Source: Nemertoderma westbladi (taxonomy: Eukaryota > Animalia > Xenacoelomorpha). From it: a stretch of DNA of 64,000 nt. Location of the stretch: contig JAUCBJ010002152.1 of NCBI GenBank assembly GCA_032718475.1, positions 1 through 64,000 on the forward strand, given 5' to 3'. Below, piece by piece: positions 47,366-61,989 of this stretch (its first letter is position 1; every line of letters starts with the position of its first letter). A model generated the notes under the pieces. It ran no database searches and was not told the DNA's origin. It saw only the letters and a list, made by a program, of their open reading frames with translations. The translations under genes and the position numbers were made by a program.

Positions 47366-48715
47366 GTTGGTAAAGGGAACAGGTTTACATACCAAAATAA
47401 TGGGGAACCAAAATAATAAACGGGAGTTAAGAATTACTGGGCAACCCATTAAATAAATATACAGTATAGTAAAAGTACATGGGACTGGCTGACTGGTAAT
47501 AAAGGGGGAGAGCTTAACTAATAACACTATGTTCGATTATTTGCCGAATGGTGATTGGCCAGTATTACAGTCTGTACATTACTCTAATTGAGAGTGCTTT
47601 GCATGCGTATCGCATGTGTCACGAATGGACCACGAATAATTTTAAGCGTGGCATGGCTAATATGACTAATGGCGCACCACGAAGTGAACAAAGCCTTTAG
47701 CATATGGGGGGTACCATTAACGAGCTGTCTGCCGTTAGTCAGAAGTCTTCAACTCAATACTCGTCCTCCTCTTGTGCCTCGTTGCGTTCATTCGTTTTTG
47801 ACCAAACTTCAGATTCTTTCTAAATACTACATACATACCAAGTTTCGTTAAATTTCATCAAGGAATAACCGAGTTATTAACGAATAAAAATTTACGACGA
47901 CGACGACGACAGGCGACGACGACAGACAACAGACAACTCCCCAATGGCACCCATATGCTAAGGCTTCGCTCACTTCGTGGCTCGCCCACAGTAGTGCATG
48001 TTTCAGTCAATCGATAGTCATTGGATGACGGACTGCATAGGGTGAGTGAGGGAGACTTGAACCCCAAAAGTTATAATCGTTCTAACGAACAGATAAATGA
48101 ATTTGTCAATGCCGTTTTAACTTTTTCACATTACATTTATGATTGCTATCATTATGTGAGAGTTTGAGAATTACAACTCTTAAACTTTTTAAAAAATTAA
48201 ACCAATTATTCGTATTTTCGAAAAAGCGTCAAGTCTCACTCAATGGGGGGAGACTTGACACCTAGGGTGGGAGACTTGAACCCTACCTCACATTCAAAAA
48301 TGCATAAAAAGTGTAATAATTACGTGTCTATTTTATAATAGAGCAGCAAAAATGCAAAAAATACGTTTATTAATTTGTCAAATTATTTATCCCAAATTTT
48401 GTACAAATTTAGGTGGTCGTTCACATGGTTCTCCTAACAAGAAATAAATAAATAATAGTTAATTAAAACCGCAATAAAATTTAAAGCGGAAAGGTACTTT
48501 TTAATAATAAACATCTTGTATAATTTTCAATCCAGGAGCATTTTAATTGTTTTCCTGTAATTCTATTGATGTGTGCCGCTTTGTGACGTAGCGGCATCTT
48601 GTTTAAGTTGTCAATCACCAAGTTAGCGGGCTACCACATTGCAAAGAGGGAAGGAAGAGTTGTTGGTTGGCTTGGCTGGGTTTGGTTTAGTCTAGAGAGG
48701 GGCTACTCCTACTGC

Positions 48716-50680
48716 ATGAACTACTAGTATCGGCATGCTGCATTGCAGCTGCATTTTTAAGAATGCTGTGCCGGCTTGTCGACAAAATTGCGCCACCACA
48801 ACTCCCTATCACCCATGACATTTGCTAGATCATCCGCATCTTCAAGGCCAGTGTCCTTTAAGGTGCGTCTCAAGAAAGTCAAGGGCTGTCCACTATGCTT
48901 ATTCACTCCATGAGGCTGCCAAATTACAAGATTATGCACTGTCTGGTGCTCATGGCGAAAGCAATGTCCTGCAAAGCGGAGGCGACTTTGTTCTAGTGTC
49001 AAGCTTGGGGGAACCAATGAGACACCTCCAATGTTATATAGTGTCTGGTTGGAGATGTGTGCATTGCACTTGACACAATGAACCCGGCGTAGCATTCTTG
49101 TGAATGTGCCATCCAGAGATTTGGTGTCCTCAGCAGTTAGAGCCCAGCATGGACTCCCATAGAGGAGTACTGGAACTACTGCTGCTCTAAATAATCGGAC
49201 CTTAAGTTTCCGATTAATTATCGGTGACTTCCAAATCCTGGAAAGCCTATTCAAGGCTGCCCATGCCTTTCCCTTACGTATTCGAAGATCCTCACCTGAC
49301 TTCCGGATCCATGATCCCAGGTAACAGAAGTCGTCCACATGCTCAAGCATACCATCCTTTGAGCTTATGCTCATCCGATCAGAGACTTGCTGAGAACTTT
49401 CAAAGTTAACTGTCAAAATATTGGTCTTTCTGGAGTTACTAAAAAGACTAACACTAGAAGCAGCATGTTCTAATGAGCTGAGGAGCCGTTGGGCTCCCTC
49501 TCGTGATTCTGAGAGTACTCCTAAGTTATCAGCAAAGTCTAGATCAGTTAGGTACTTGGCAGGATTTCCTCGACTTCTGGAGCCAGTAGGTGGTGTTATC
49601 ATCACCCCATCATCATTATGATGATCTAAAGACATGCGTAGAACATAGTCAACCACAATTATGAACAAGAATGGTGCAAGTGTGTCTCCCTGGAGGACGC
49701 CCCATAACACTTCAAATGGTTCTGTGTCACCATCAACAGTAGACACAAATGTTGTCGAACCATCGTATACTGATCTGATTGCTGCAATAATTTCATCCGG
49801 AATCCCACATAATGAAAGTATGCTGAACATATGTGAGCAGGAGACTGAATCAAAGGCCTTGAAGAAGTCAACAAAGATAACAGCCAGATGCCTGTCTTTC
49901 TTTTTTGATAACTCTTCAATTATCCTTCTAAGTGCCAAAATGGGTTCCATGGTCCCACGACCTTTACGGAACCCATTCTGATTTCCACGGAGCAGTCTCT
50001 CAATGGGATCCCTGATGCGATTTAATAGAATTCTATTGTATAGCTTTTGCAGCAATCGAGATCAATGAGATTCCCCGAAAAGAACCATAGAGTGTTAGGT
50101 TGCCCTTCTTGGGAACTGGCACCAACTTATTTGTTTTCATTTCTTGTGGGACTCTTGTTGTTCGGTACATGTCTACTATGATGGGATAGATGAGCTTTAA
50201 ACACTCAGGTATTTTAAAGACCTCAGGGTGAACACCATCTATTCCACTGGCACGATTGGTCTTAATGCTCTTTGCAGCAGCCTTCACTTCTGCAAAGGAG
50301 ATATCGCCAATTGGAATATCTGGGAGTACAGACTCAGACACTTTTACTTCTATAAAGTTATCAGGCAATACCCTGTCATTATTGAGGAGCCTTTCAAAGT
50401 GGGCCTTCCAACCATTGAGGCGATCGGCTGGTGATTCAGCCTTAACCTTGGTGGTTGGTTGGCTTTTCCGCCCAGTAAGCAAGTTGATCGATTTCCATGT
50501 CAATCATCCCGATTGCCTGCTGTCGTCAGCATCATTGATGGTATCAACCTGTTGGTTTATTAGCTCCTGTAGATTAACAGAGTACTGCCTGTTCAGGGAC
50601 CTAGATGCAGCCTAAACTGCATTCTTGGCCGCTGTAGTCTGTTTGAGTCGGGTCTCTTTCTACGCCTTATATAAGTTATT
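48716..50680 (-). mobile_element. RTE-clade LINE fragment (RT), same family as 15598-16883
   Basis: ORFs 50033-50503 and 48757-50055 (frameshift); FRGISL, QNGFR, GVLQGD, FADN (mutated FADD). Confidence 0.93.
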
Positions 50681-51063
50681 TCGGCACTTCTGCATGAAGC
50701 ATGAAGCATAGCCATCCATTGATAGCTGCATTGGTGTAAGTGCCAATCAACTAGTTGGAGTGCTCTGGTGTAATGGCTCTCTACATGGGTGTAACTCTAG
50801 GTAGACGACAGCATTGGCGGGTTCAAGTCTCCCTCACACTCAAGCGTCATGTCTCCCCACACGGGCTTTTTTTTTCGATTAATTGATATAATTTCAAAAC
50901 GGCTGAACCAAAACTGGAAAACAATATATGGCAGGAGAGTGCAATAATTAGTTAACACATGTTGTGAATTACAATTATTGTAACATACAGTAAAAAAATA
51001 AGGATGCGAATTTTCATTAGTTGTAAAGGGTAAAAATTTACTTTTGAACCCAGAAAACGTTTA

Positions 51064-52790
51064 TTGACAATAAAACAAATTCCCATTCTTAAGAAGAAGA
51101 ATGGGAAGTCAGATGGACCAGATAATCTCCCTTACGAAATATTAAAGGGATCAATATCTCTAACACTCTATCTGTGGACAATGCTATTTAACATTTGTTT
51201 GGTAACTGGGTCATTGGTTTCTACATGGAAACATAGCATCCTAAAGGTCCTATATAAAGGCAAAGGTTCAAGAGATGAAGAGAACAACTATCGAGGTATA
51301 GCCCTTCTGTGTAACCCTTTCAAGGTGCTTACAAGGCTTGTTGGGAAGCGGCTCCGTGAGTTCCTCCATTCTAAGATTCCTAAAGACCAGTTTGGTTTCA
51401 TGCCAGGTCGATCAACCATTCAACCGTTGCAGCGTCTACTAACTCGGATCAAAGGAAACCTCTTTATGCCGCTTTTATCGATTTGCAAAAAGCCTTCGAT
51501 TCGGTGCCACGATCTAAAGTACTGTACAAATTGGAACACGTGTTCAAGGTAAATGGGAGATTATTGCGTCTAATTAAATGTATTCTAAGCCGAAATTTCA
51601 TATATATTTCTGATGGTTTGAGGAAATCTAATCCTGTGAGGCAAACTCAAGGATTCCAACAGGGTGATAGGCCCGTTTCTTTTTATATTATACATATGGG
51701 ACTTAATAATGTTTATTACGAGAGTAGACGAAGCAATTGTGGTACTCTTATTCGCTGATGACCTTTTGTTCTTCTCTGATAACAAGGACGCTTTACAGGC
51801 TGCACTCAATGCCACCAGCAGATAGATGGGCTTCCATCAACGGCCTTACTGCAAACCTGCGAAAATCGCAAATCATCAAATTCAGAAGAGGGGGGCGCCT
51901 ATGTGGGGCTGATAAGTTTTTCTACAATGGTCAACCAGTTGAAATAGTAAATCATTACACTTATCTCGGAATAGTACTACAACCAACCCTTTCATTCACT
52001 CGACACATAATTAACACCACATGCAAATCGTTTAAAGTGATCCATTCTATCAAACAACCCAGCCTTTTATCTCTCAACACAGCAATCAAGTTATTTACAA
52101 TCAAAATCGAACCAATCATCAGTTATGGGCTCACTGTTATATGGGAATTTCTGAAATCAAAGGACTTTGAGAACCTGGACAAGATTAAGTCATCGTACCT
52201 TAAAAGAGTTCTGTCAGTACACAAATCTGCTCAGAACAGGCTTGTCCTGGCGCTGAGTGGAAGCAAGAACCTGTGTATGGATCTGCAACAAAAACTCAAT
52301 CTCCCCAAAACTCCCGAATTTAATAAATACAAAACTGGGGTCAATTCTAAGAACAACAAAATAATTCCAGAATTCTGGCGTTCTCCAGGATTTACAAACC
52401 CAAAATGGAGAACCTCAAACTATAAAAACCGGCACATCATCACACGGGTGTCTATACATGGGTTTCATCACCTAATTTGTAAAAACCCCGCGTTTCACGA
52501 GACTGCAGATGAATGCGTCTGCCGATTGTGGGACGCCAGAGCCAGCCGATACCACATTTTAAATTGTCACAAGAATGATGCACCCCTTGTGAACTGGGCA
52601 AATACAAAATGAGCCCATGTAAATGGAAGAACTGCATTTTATTTTATTTTGTATATATTTTATAATAATTTGTATAGTTGTGTGTGTTATTGATGTAATT
52701 TTAGCCTAATTTCTCGTTCCTACTGTAGAAGTGCCATCCTTTTGGCTTAATTAATAATAATATTAAAAAAAATAAAACAAAAAATAACCA
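51064..52790 (+). mobile_element. Non-LTR retrotransposon RT fragment with C-terminal Cys/His knuckle
   Basis: GKSDGPD, NYRGIALL, QFGFMPGRST, KAFDSV, GFQQGD, LFADD (shifted frame), YTYLG, C-terminal HLIC..C.C..HILNC; A-rich tail. Confidence 0.88.
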
Positions 52791-53719
52791 ACAGGTCATA
52801 AAACATTGTTGCACGGGTGTACAGTAGCCTACATGTATTTTACACATTTTTGTATGGTATTGTTAAATAATTTATAATAGTTTTTGAGTTATTAAAAAAA
52901 ATCAAGTCTCCCCTAAAGTCAAGTCTCCCTCACTCACCCTACTCCTATCTCAGTAATTCAACTGGTTCTCATTTGATTGAAGCCAGTTAAGGAAAGGCTG
53001 AGTGGATCCAGGCGGGGCTCGAACATACTACCAATGGATCAACCAACAGTCGTCCTAACCTGCCTTTTTTTTATAAAAGGTTTAGGTACATAGTGTATCT
53101 AAACCTACTGTGTATACTATATTAAACACCTAAAACATGGTGTAGACCTACAAATTATCACATCCTACAGCACATAGTGCTCGGAATAGACACAAAAAAC
53201 CAAGTCAAGTCTCTCATTTAATGAATTCCGTGAACTAGAGTTCCAATGTAAGTAACCCCCTGCTGGTGTGTTACTGTGTTTCATAATGTTCCTTATGTAT
53301 AACAGTTTAAGTAATCAATAACACTTTGTTAACTAAAGCTGGATAATAATTGTGCTGCATGACGATTGTGCTCGACCTCTGCTTGAGTTTCTTATCATGG
53401 CTGCTCAGTGTGATACCAAACTTATTAATGAAGTAGTAATGTAGTACCCAACATTGTTAAAAATATAACGCTCTCGCTTTATTAATTAATTTAGATGAAT
53501 CACAACTTTTTTATTTTGTTATACAATTGTTTTTATGTGTATAATTTCATGGTTAAATTTTCCGAATAATTACACTGTAAGTTAGCAGTCAGTCAGTCAA
53601 TTACGCAGTGTTCTTGCGCAGAACACTTGTTGATATGGCCTCTTCATATTAAATGCATTATTCAATCATTATTTAATAATTATAAAATTAAATTATCAAT
53701 GTAACATTTTCCCTTATAG

Positions 53720-54212
53720 CACAGTGCCGGCGGACCCAGCAGTCTAGCGCCCCCAGATGTAATGGTCAGCCATACACAGTGCCGGCGCACCCAGCAGCAT
53801 AGCGCCCACAGATGTAACGATCAGCCATACACAGTGCTGGTGGACTCAGCAGCATAGCACCCACAGATCTAATGGTCAGCCATACACAGTGCAGGCGCAC
53901 CCAGCAGCATAGCGCCCTCAGACCTAATGGTCAGCCACACACAGTGCCGGCGCACCCAGCAGCATAGCGCCCTCAGATCTAATGGTCAGCCATATACAGT
54001 GCCGGCGCACCCAGCAGCATAGCACCCCCAGATCTAACGGTCAGCCATACACAGTGCCAGTGGACCCAGCAGCATAGCACCCCCAGATCTAATGGTCAGT
54101 AACACACAGTGCCGGTGGATCCAGCAGCATAGCGCCCTCAGATCAAATGGTCAGCCATACACAGTGCCAGTGGACCCAGCAGCGTAGCAGCAGCATCTTA
54201 CGGTCAGCCATG
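53720..54212. repeat. 55-bp minisatellite, about 9 copies
   Basis: CACAGTGCCGGCGCACCCAGCAGCATAGCGCCCnCAGATCTAATGGTCAGCCATA units at period 55. Confidence 0.92.
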
Positions 54213-54237
54213 AACTTTCCTAGTTCATGGCTGCTTC

Positions 54238-54561
54238 TATAACATTGGAGGTGTCTCATTGGTTCCCCCAAGCTTGACACTAGAACAAAATCGCCTCCGC
54301 TTTGCAGGACATTGCTTTCGCCGTGAGGACCTGCCAGTGCATAATCTTGTACTTTAGCAGCCTCATGGAGTGAATAAGCATGATGGACAGCCCATGACTT
54401 TCTTGAGACGCATCTTAAAGGACACTGGCCTTGAAGATGCGGATAATCTATCAAATGTCATGGGTGATAGGGAGCTGTGGCGGCGCAATTTTGTCGACAA
54501 GCCGGCACAGCATTCTTAAAAATGCAGCTGCAGTGCAGCATGCCGATACTAGTAGTAGTAG
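54238..54561 (+). mobile_element. RTE LINE 3' end (third copy)
   Basis: Matches 16555-16880 including the (TAG)n tail. Confidence 0.9.
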
Positions 54562-57225
54562 AACTGCAATAATTGCTCAAATGTAGTCATGCATTGAATT
54601 GGGATGATGTTCTGCCTGCTACTAGTGAAACTCATTAAAGTTAAGGAGTCACTGGTGAGGAAGTGTCATAACTCCAACAGATTTTGAATAATTCTGCTGG
54701 CTAACTTCAATTTCTTCCTCTGGTCCTGCTATGAGTAAAGTGTCGTTCACATAACAATAGATCCGAGCCACATCAAACAAAGTAAGTCATAGAAACCATC
54801 TCCATAAGACATTCTAACACCTCATTAATATATAAAGTATAGAAAGAATATAAAGAAACTAGTAGGAAGGAGGGAAATTGTGTGACCTCTTATAGCCTCA
54901 GGTTCATTCCATTCGATTCATTGGATTGTTTGATCAATGTTCGCGCTTTTAGACCTTTAGCAGTTTAACCTGCCAAATTTAGGTGTCTTCTAGGTTATAA
55001 ATCGACTTTAGCCTATGACAAGTATTTGATACACTACATTAGCCGAAGCCAGCCTATGCGCGACCATTCACCCACTGGATTTACCCGGTAGACTGGATTC
55101 GGATGCTCTGACCTTATTGCAGTGTAGGCCTACTGTATTATTCGATTGATCGTTAATATATAATCGCTGACAAATATTATTCACTTTGGGAAATATTAAC
55201 AGTTCCTTTAGGACGTGGCACTCTAAGTATGTAAACAGAGTTATGACTTACACTAAACACAACGGGATGGCTAATGATTCACGTATAAAGCGCATTCTTT
55301 AGGAGATGCTTTGTTATCTATCACACTCATGCACACTACCGCACAATGCTGCACACCGATCTGCCGACCTTCACTAATTTTAATCATATATAAGGAGAAC
55401 AGCAACCGACACATGTAGTGCCTATGAAATAGCCTTAGATTCACTCCAAAACCACTATAATGTAAGTCGCAATTGCTATATGTAACCGGTCTCTCTAACC
55501 TTCAGTATATCAAGAAGATTGGGGTTTTCTGATTATTTATCGATATTCTCCAAATATAACAATATTCCATCAACTGATACAATTAATAACCGACAGTAAA
55601 TAGCAGTAAAATAATGCGGTGTTTGTATGTGACCAGGTTTGTTATGAGTTCGTTAGATAGAATAACAGTTATACGTTTCTATGATCAAAGCCGTTCTAAT
55701 GTTTTGCTAAAGTCTGAAACACAGAATAATTCCACACCCGATGTTCTAGGCTTAGGAAAAAAGGTAAACATAAACCAGAATGCATTGCGCGATTTCCCAG
55801 AGGTTTCTGTACAAATAAAATGAAAATCGCTCTGATTGGTCGACCGAACGGTTGGTCAAAGTTAATCAGATATCTGTATGGGCTGATGATATGTAGGATT
55901 TGTATTTGATGGATTTGGAAACATTATAAATCAGTAAATCAAATTAATATAATTTAATTAAACTCAAGTTTATTATTAGTATAAATAAATAATTAATTCA
56001 ATTTGTTTTAACAATAATCTAAAATAATAAAATTGTATTATTATCTCCCTTCTCAAATATCTCTCTCTTCTATATAAATTTTACAATCCTACAAAGACCC
56101 ACTAACCACACCTGATACGCCTATACACAAACCTCAGTCATCTCATAATATTAATTAGTAATCAACGTACATCATTATTGCATATACATAGCACATAGGT
56201 TATAGAGTCCACTACAGATATGTATTAGTTTTTGTAACAACTAGTTCGTTTCGTTGATTACAAAATGTATTATTATAAAAGTAATGTTAATAAATGAAAT
56301 TAAATATATTTAAATAGCTAAGTACCAACATTGTCAATAATCCTCGCAGACTAGTCGTTAAAATTTGACGGTCAAATGTACATTTTATAGGAGTGGTTTG
56401 TTAACAATCAAAGAAACGAAGAAACCTTTACCATGCGTGACTCAATTGGAGTAATTCGTTCACCATTGGGGTGATTTTGGGTTACAATTTAAATGTGATT
56501 AAAATTAATCAAATCTGTCCACAGGAAATTTTTTTACGTACAAATTCCCTGTAGAATATTGGAATATTTCAGTTGCTTTCACTTCAAATTTAACCATTTA
56601 GTGCTAGAAGTTACCAATTGGGAAAAAAATAAACATTTTGGGAAGGTCGGGCCACGAAATGTAAAAAACAAAATTACGTAAAATTCTTAGAATAACGAAA
56701 ATTAAATAAACAATTTTCAGAGAATAAAATTCCTAGGAAGTTGTAAAAATCACTCCGAGTAAGCTCCACTTACTATATACTAATGTTGTATGCTTTGCGC
56801 CCGGTGTGGGAGAATCCTCACAAAGGATCCTCCCACGTTGTGTTGTTTTTAGATTTAGATTAACAACCGCATATCCGAGTAGTTATATATTTTTCAACAT
56901 CAATCATCGGGAATATCCTTATTAGTCATTTTAATGATATATTATTATAATATAATCATATTGGACCATGGATAATCATATTCTTGTATATATATATTTA
57001 TTGATTTAAAATTCAAACGGTAGAACTCGTAGAGCACACCAAATTAAGTATATTGCTTTATAGCTGTACCATACCAGTTGACTGGTAATTATAACTTAAG
57101 TGAAAAAAGCGGATTTTTTATATACAATCAATAATTGATTATCTTTTTAAATATTAACAGACTTTTAATAACTCTATTTAATATTCTACAGTTTACAAAC
57201 GGTGTCAGTATCAATTTATAACGTC

Positions 57226-57876
57226 ATGCAAGTTATCTCCACGCTATTATTTGCTTTACACACAACAATGGCTGCTTCCAACTTTACATGTCCTGTTGGA
57301 GTGACATGGAAAATTTCCTCTGAAAGCGACGGCATAAAAAAGGCGTATCAAGATAAGATAGCGAGGTTTATAAAAAGTAACCCCCAGTTTCAAAACGAAA
57401 CAACCACTGTGAACGGAGGTTGTTCGGCTTGCGGTGTGGTAGCATACATTGCTTCTGGTTATGTTGATGGCTTTGGCCAGGAAGAAGGCGTCATTGAGTT
57501 TCATAGTCATGAATGCAAAAACCACAATTGTGTTCAACTGGTCGAGGATGGTTGTATTTACTACATGCAGGTTGTCCTTCGTGATCATGGTGAGAGGGAT
57601 GATCATTATGTGAGATTGTTAAATATTGTGAACTGGCTGCAGAATGATGTCGCAGTAACATATGAATCATGCCAAGTGATATGTTGCAGCGGCGAAGATC
57701 AGTGTCCCGCAATCGTTTGGAAAGAAAGGGTCACCGACAACCAAACCCCAACCACAGCGGATAACATCGAAACCTCATTGGCGGACGGATCCAACAATGT
57801 CCAATCAACCTGGGATTTGGTTGTGGCCCTTATTGCTGCCGTTGTTTTAGGTGGAGGGCTTTATCAGAGACAATAA
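57226..57876 (+). CDS. Host secreted / probably GPI-anchored Cys-rich protein (Ly6/three-finger-like C-terminal motif)
   Basis: Signal-like MQVISTLLFALHTTMA, 10 Cys ending CQVICCSGEDQC, Thr-rich linker, hydrophobic C-terminus LVVALIAAVVLGG; acceptor-like TTCTACAG upstream and AATAAA at the stop. Confidence 0.7.
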   Translation: MQVISTLLFALHTTMAASNFTCPVGVTWKISSESDGIKKAYQDKIARFIKSNPQFQNETTTVNGGCSACGVVAYIASGYVDGFGQEEGVIEFHSHECKNHNCVQLVEDGCIYYMQVVLRDHGERDDHYVRLLNIVNWLQNDVAVTYESCQVICCSGEDQCPAIVWKERVTDNQTPTTADNIETSLADGSNNVQSTWDLVVALIAAVVLGGGLYQRQ

Positions 57877-60800
57877 ATATTCAAATGAAACAAAATGTTG
57901 AAACTAAAATATTGATATATGCAAGAATGATTCTAATTCATTATCTAATATATCATGGATAAATATATTTATCTTGAGCACGCGAACTTGACCAAGTTCG
58001 AAACAAGTTCGATTTGATCTGGAGTCAAAAGTTCGAGAGGCTTTAGGCCGTAACTTTAGAAAATATTGGAACTTTTTCTCTAGTATGCCCATACTATACT
58101 ACTATTTATAATGACCTTTTAAGTCACACCTTTTAAAAATCGAAGTTTACCTTTATTTCAAACAATAGAACACATCTCAACCCAAGAACTAACAAAATAA
58201 AAATCACTAAAACAAACAACAATGCTGGGTACCGTAGTCTATTAATAATTAAAACTCGTCTATGGAACAATCTCGATAAGAGCCTCACAGGAATTAAACA
58301 TCGCCAAATATTCGACACCAAAATAAAACTCCATTTTTATACAAAATATGAACGTGAGAAAATTAAATGAAAATATCAGATTAATTACATAGATTTCAAT
58401 TATACAGTGGATTAGTGTAGGGAAGTTCCAATTTAGGTTACGTACGTAAAATTTCATATACAGTAAGGAAAGAATAGTACCGTAGGGTTTGTAGGTGAAA
58501 TTATCGCCGACATTTATTCTCCCAATTAACCGCTATGCCGGGGCAACCCGTCTGAGCTGCCTCCATAAATATTTAATGTTGTTGAGTTCAGAATAATAAT
58601 AATCTAATCTAATCTAATACAAAATTTGGTTGAAAATGGTTAAAATCATCAAAAGTTATTTACGAATAGAATTGAATGAATTTGAAATAATTTTTCATTA
58701 CAGACGGACAGACAGACGGACAGGACAGACAGACAGACGGACATAAAATTTTGCCCTATTTACTAATTATTATTAGAAAGCCAGCAAGCTGGCTGGAAGG
58801 AACCCGGGGGAAGAATCCTAGCTAAGACTATTACCAATGAACTATGTCAGTCAGCAGTAAGTAAACTAAACAATTGTCTAAACTGTAAGGCGTGAGGCTA
58901 GCTGTCTTTGTGGCTCGCCCCACATAATAAAAAATGAAACTTAGCTACCACTAACAAAAATATCATATGAAGCAAATAATTTCATTATCAAGCACGTTTA
59001 CAAGATATAAGATACGATTACCAAATATTTATAAAAAAAAATGGCCATGGTGCACAACCAGATAAATAACAACGAATAGAGCCAAATAACAAATTTAGTT
59101 TCCTTCTAAATGTATAATACATGATAGAAACACCAGTTGGTGCGGATACGCCCAAACTACAGAGAAGTATTTTACTTGCCAAGTTTTAGTAAGGTTCTGT
59201 TTACTCACTCACACTATCACAGACAGTAATCAAACATCAACTGTTTATAATGTAATACCCCGTCAGCTGAATATATCTTCCCAGTGAATCCTATGGGAAT
59301 ATCTATAAGGTTTCTCACTGCTGTGTTAGGTGGTAGGCCAGCTGATTGAATTATAAGCACAGGGTCCTTCAAATTTTTTATAGGTTAATAATAATAATGA
59401 GTGGGGAGGGACCCAGCTACACTACGTTTGTCTATGGACGGTCTTCTTATAGCCAGCTTGCTGGCTTTTCTAGTTAATTAATTAATTAATAGGGCTGCCT
59501 TCGATGTATTCTAATAGGTCAGGCCCGCCCAAAGCCAACTCTCTATGTATTCCATTTCCACAACTGTCAATGAATGTATATGAATGCATATAATACATAT
59601 AATTTCGCGACAACATAATTTCAAAAAAATGAAATATTTCGAATACCAGACATAGAATCGATCTGAAATTTTGTATCGTGATTATGAACCACCAAAGCAA
59701 TGTTCTTGCAAAATTTCATAAGAAACGCCAGGCAGGAAGTGCCTGAACCTGGATTATTATCAGTGAGTGAGTCAGTCAGTACGTCAGTGTTATATGACCT
59801 GAGATTTTTTCAGTAATTATCCCACTGTCGAGCAGGCTCCTAATTGTGCACTAAGAAGGCTCACCCTGACTGCGTGGCTCGCCCCACAGTTCTATAATTA
59901 AGTGGCGAAATAACGTTACGTTTTATCCTCTAATAAACATATTATGTAAAACGATTATTGTAATAAAATGTAGTATTCTATTATTATTATAATTATCAAA
60001 TTTATAACAAACCTGTCTTTAGACTGGGTAGTTCTTGTCTATTGCGTACGCCCGGCGGTTGGATGTTTTACGATTAACTACTGAATTATCTAATGACTGA
60101 ACGACCAGATTACTCATATCAGATAAACCTATCCAGCCTCGGATCCCGGCACCTTTCTACCGTCCTGGTTGCCTGGAGCGTACGAGATATCGACATATCA
60201 GTTCTCAGTTTCTATTTCAGTGTTCACGTTATTCCGTGATATGTTATGTTACAACTTTGCACCATTCTTGTTCATAATTGTGGTTGCTATGTTACGCATG
60301 TCCTTAGATAATCGTAATGATGATCTAATATAATCATTGCTAAATTTAATTGATCCTAACATGATTACAAAATCATTGGTACAAAATCATTTCTTTGTTT
60401 TTTTTGTTGTTGAAAGTTTAGCAAGCTTAACTTTGGGGGGAGTTTGTAACGAAAGAAATGATGATATATACAACAAAGTAATTTTATCTTCTCTCAAAAC
60501 GTTGTAAAGGACCTTAAGGCTCGCCCCATTCAATATAACGACTTTAGATTCAATATTAATAATATAAGTAGGAAATCGAAGTAAGGGCATCTTGGCAATC
60601 TCCCAACTAGTACTAGTGATGTTATTATTTGATTAATGGTGATGGGTTTGTAATGTAGGAAGGAGCGAGCCAATCACAGAATGCCACCGCCCGCGCCACT
60701 TGGAATGGCAGAGATGATAATTGATAAGACAAAGTAGTTTTTCCATTATGGCCCCAGTGTTGACTCTTTCCCCCCAGAGAGCGGGGATAGAGAAATAGCC

Positions 60801-61989
60801 GTGGCGGAAACACTATTTCTGACGAGTGTCTCCCACTCGTTAATAATTGCATTCTGTGATTGTCTCTAATTAATAACTGTGTGTAACATATATTTACAAT
60901 AAAACTGTTATTACACTGTATAAAGTGTGGGCTCGTACAGGAAGTGTTTTTCTCCAAGTAAAAAGTATATATAAAAAAACCCTTTCATCATCAATGATTT
61001 TTACGATAAACTTGAAAATATTTTTCATACAACTGATCTGAAAGATAAACCTGCTAATTGTTGGAACTTCTGAGATGATTACGGCTTTCCCATGGACCCA
61101 AATAATGTTGAAACAGTATCTCGAGTTGGTCAGAAAGTGGTTACTGTGGTTACAGTATGTAACGAAGCAAAAGCGGAATTATCGTTGAGGATTAAGGAGC
61201 TCATGGAAGACTTACATGAGCCATTACATACGAAATTTACTGAGTTAATAAAATTAGCTAAAACAAAGGTCAATTATATTTCTGTCCTTAGGGAACTCAT
61301 CTAAATATAATAGATGAGTGCTTTATATTTTATGTGCAAATATGTATAGTACATTTGACTGATTGAAGTGATCATATTTTTTGTTTAAAAAATGAATTCA
61401 CTTATTTGTTGTATATTAAGGGGGGGGGGGGGGGGGGGGGAGAGGGTAACCCCCCTCGCTAAAAATGTAAGAAATTTGTATTTTATTGCATCTAGAGTAG
61501 AATATAAAATAATGGGGATTTCAAATCTGAAAACGGCTTAGACATCAGATCATTAAAAACTCCTATTACTTCACTGGTTGAATCAGGGTAAGCCAGTTTT
61601 ATGACCTAGCTGCAGCCACGTAGTGCAAACAACCCCAGTATATTCGACATTAATATGATGATCCGGATCAGTTGTGAATATAATCACACAATATGCCATG
61701 GTGATTGTGATACCAATAATAATATAGTTGATTTCTTTATATATCTAGGGTCTATAATCTATCTATAGCTTACTGTTATAATCGATCATGTAAACACAAC
61801 TAGAGCGCTACAGGAGCAGTGAGTGATGATTGGGGGTTATTAAGCTAGTGATGAAACAAAACACCTGTTTATTTAGTTATTACAGTAGATTAGTTATTAG
61901 TACCGATAATAAATATAGAAAAATGTTGAGAGTGAAAGATGTCCATAGCAGTGATTAAGAGAATAGAATGATAGAAGGGAAATTTTATA

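Larger units (their letters stand above)
48040..52939. mobile_element. TA-flanked TIR element (pogo/Tc1-type MITE) interrupted by two LINEs
   Basis: TA|GGGTGAGTGAGGGAGACTTGA at 48040 and TCAAGTCTCCCTCACTCACCC|TA at 52939; GGAGACTTGA subterminal repeats. Confidence 0.8.

Noticed and set aside
15598-50680. Inverted RTE copies flanking the Maverick as a composite transposon
   Set aside because: They have different 5' truncations, a third copy is at 54238, and the Maverick has its own TIRs and TSD; these are independent LINE insertions.
53720-54212. Regular repeat array as a possible CRISPR
   Set aside because: Units are contiguous 55-bp tandem copies with no unique spacers and no cas genes; the context is eukaryotic.
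60000-61304. GC-richer patches and a 70-aa ORF as possible exons or RNA genes
   Set aside because: No recognisable motif; part (60257-60324) is a short RTE fragment. Not enough support to call.
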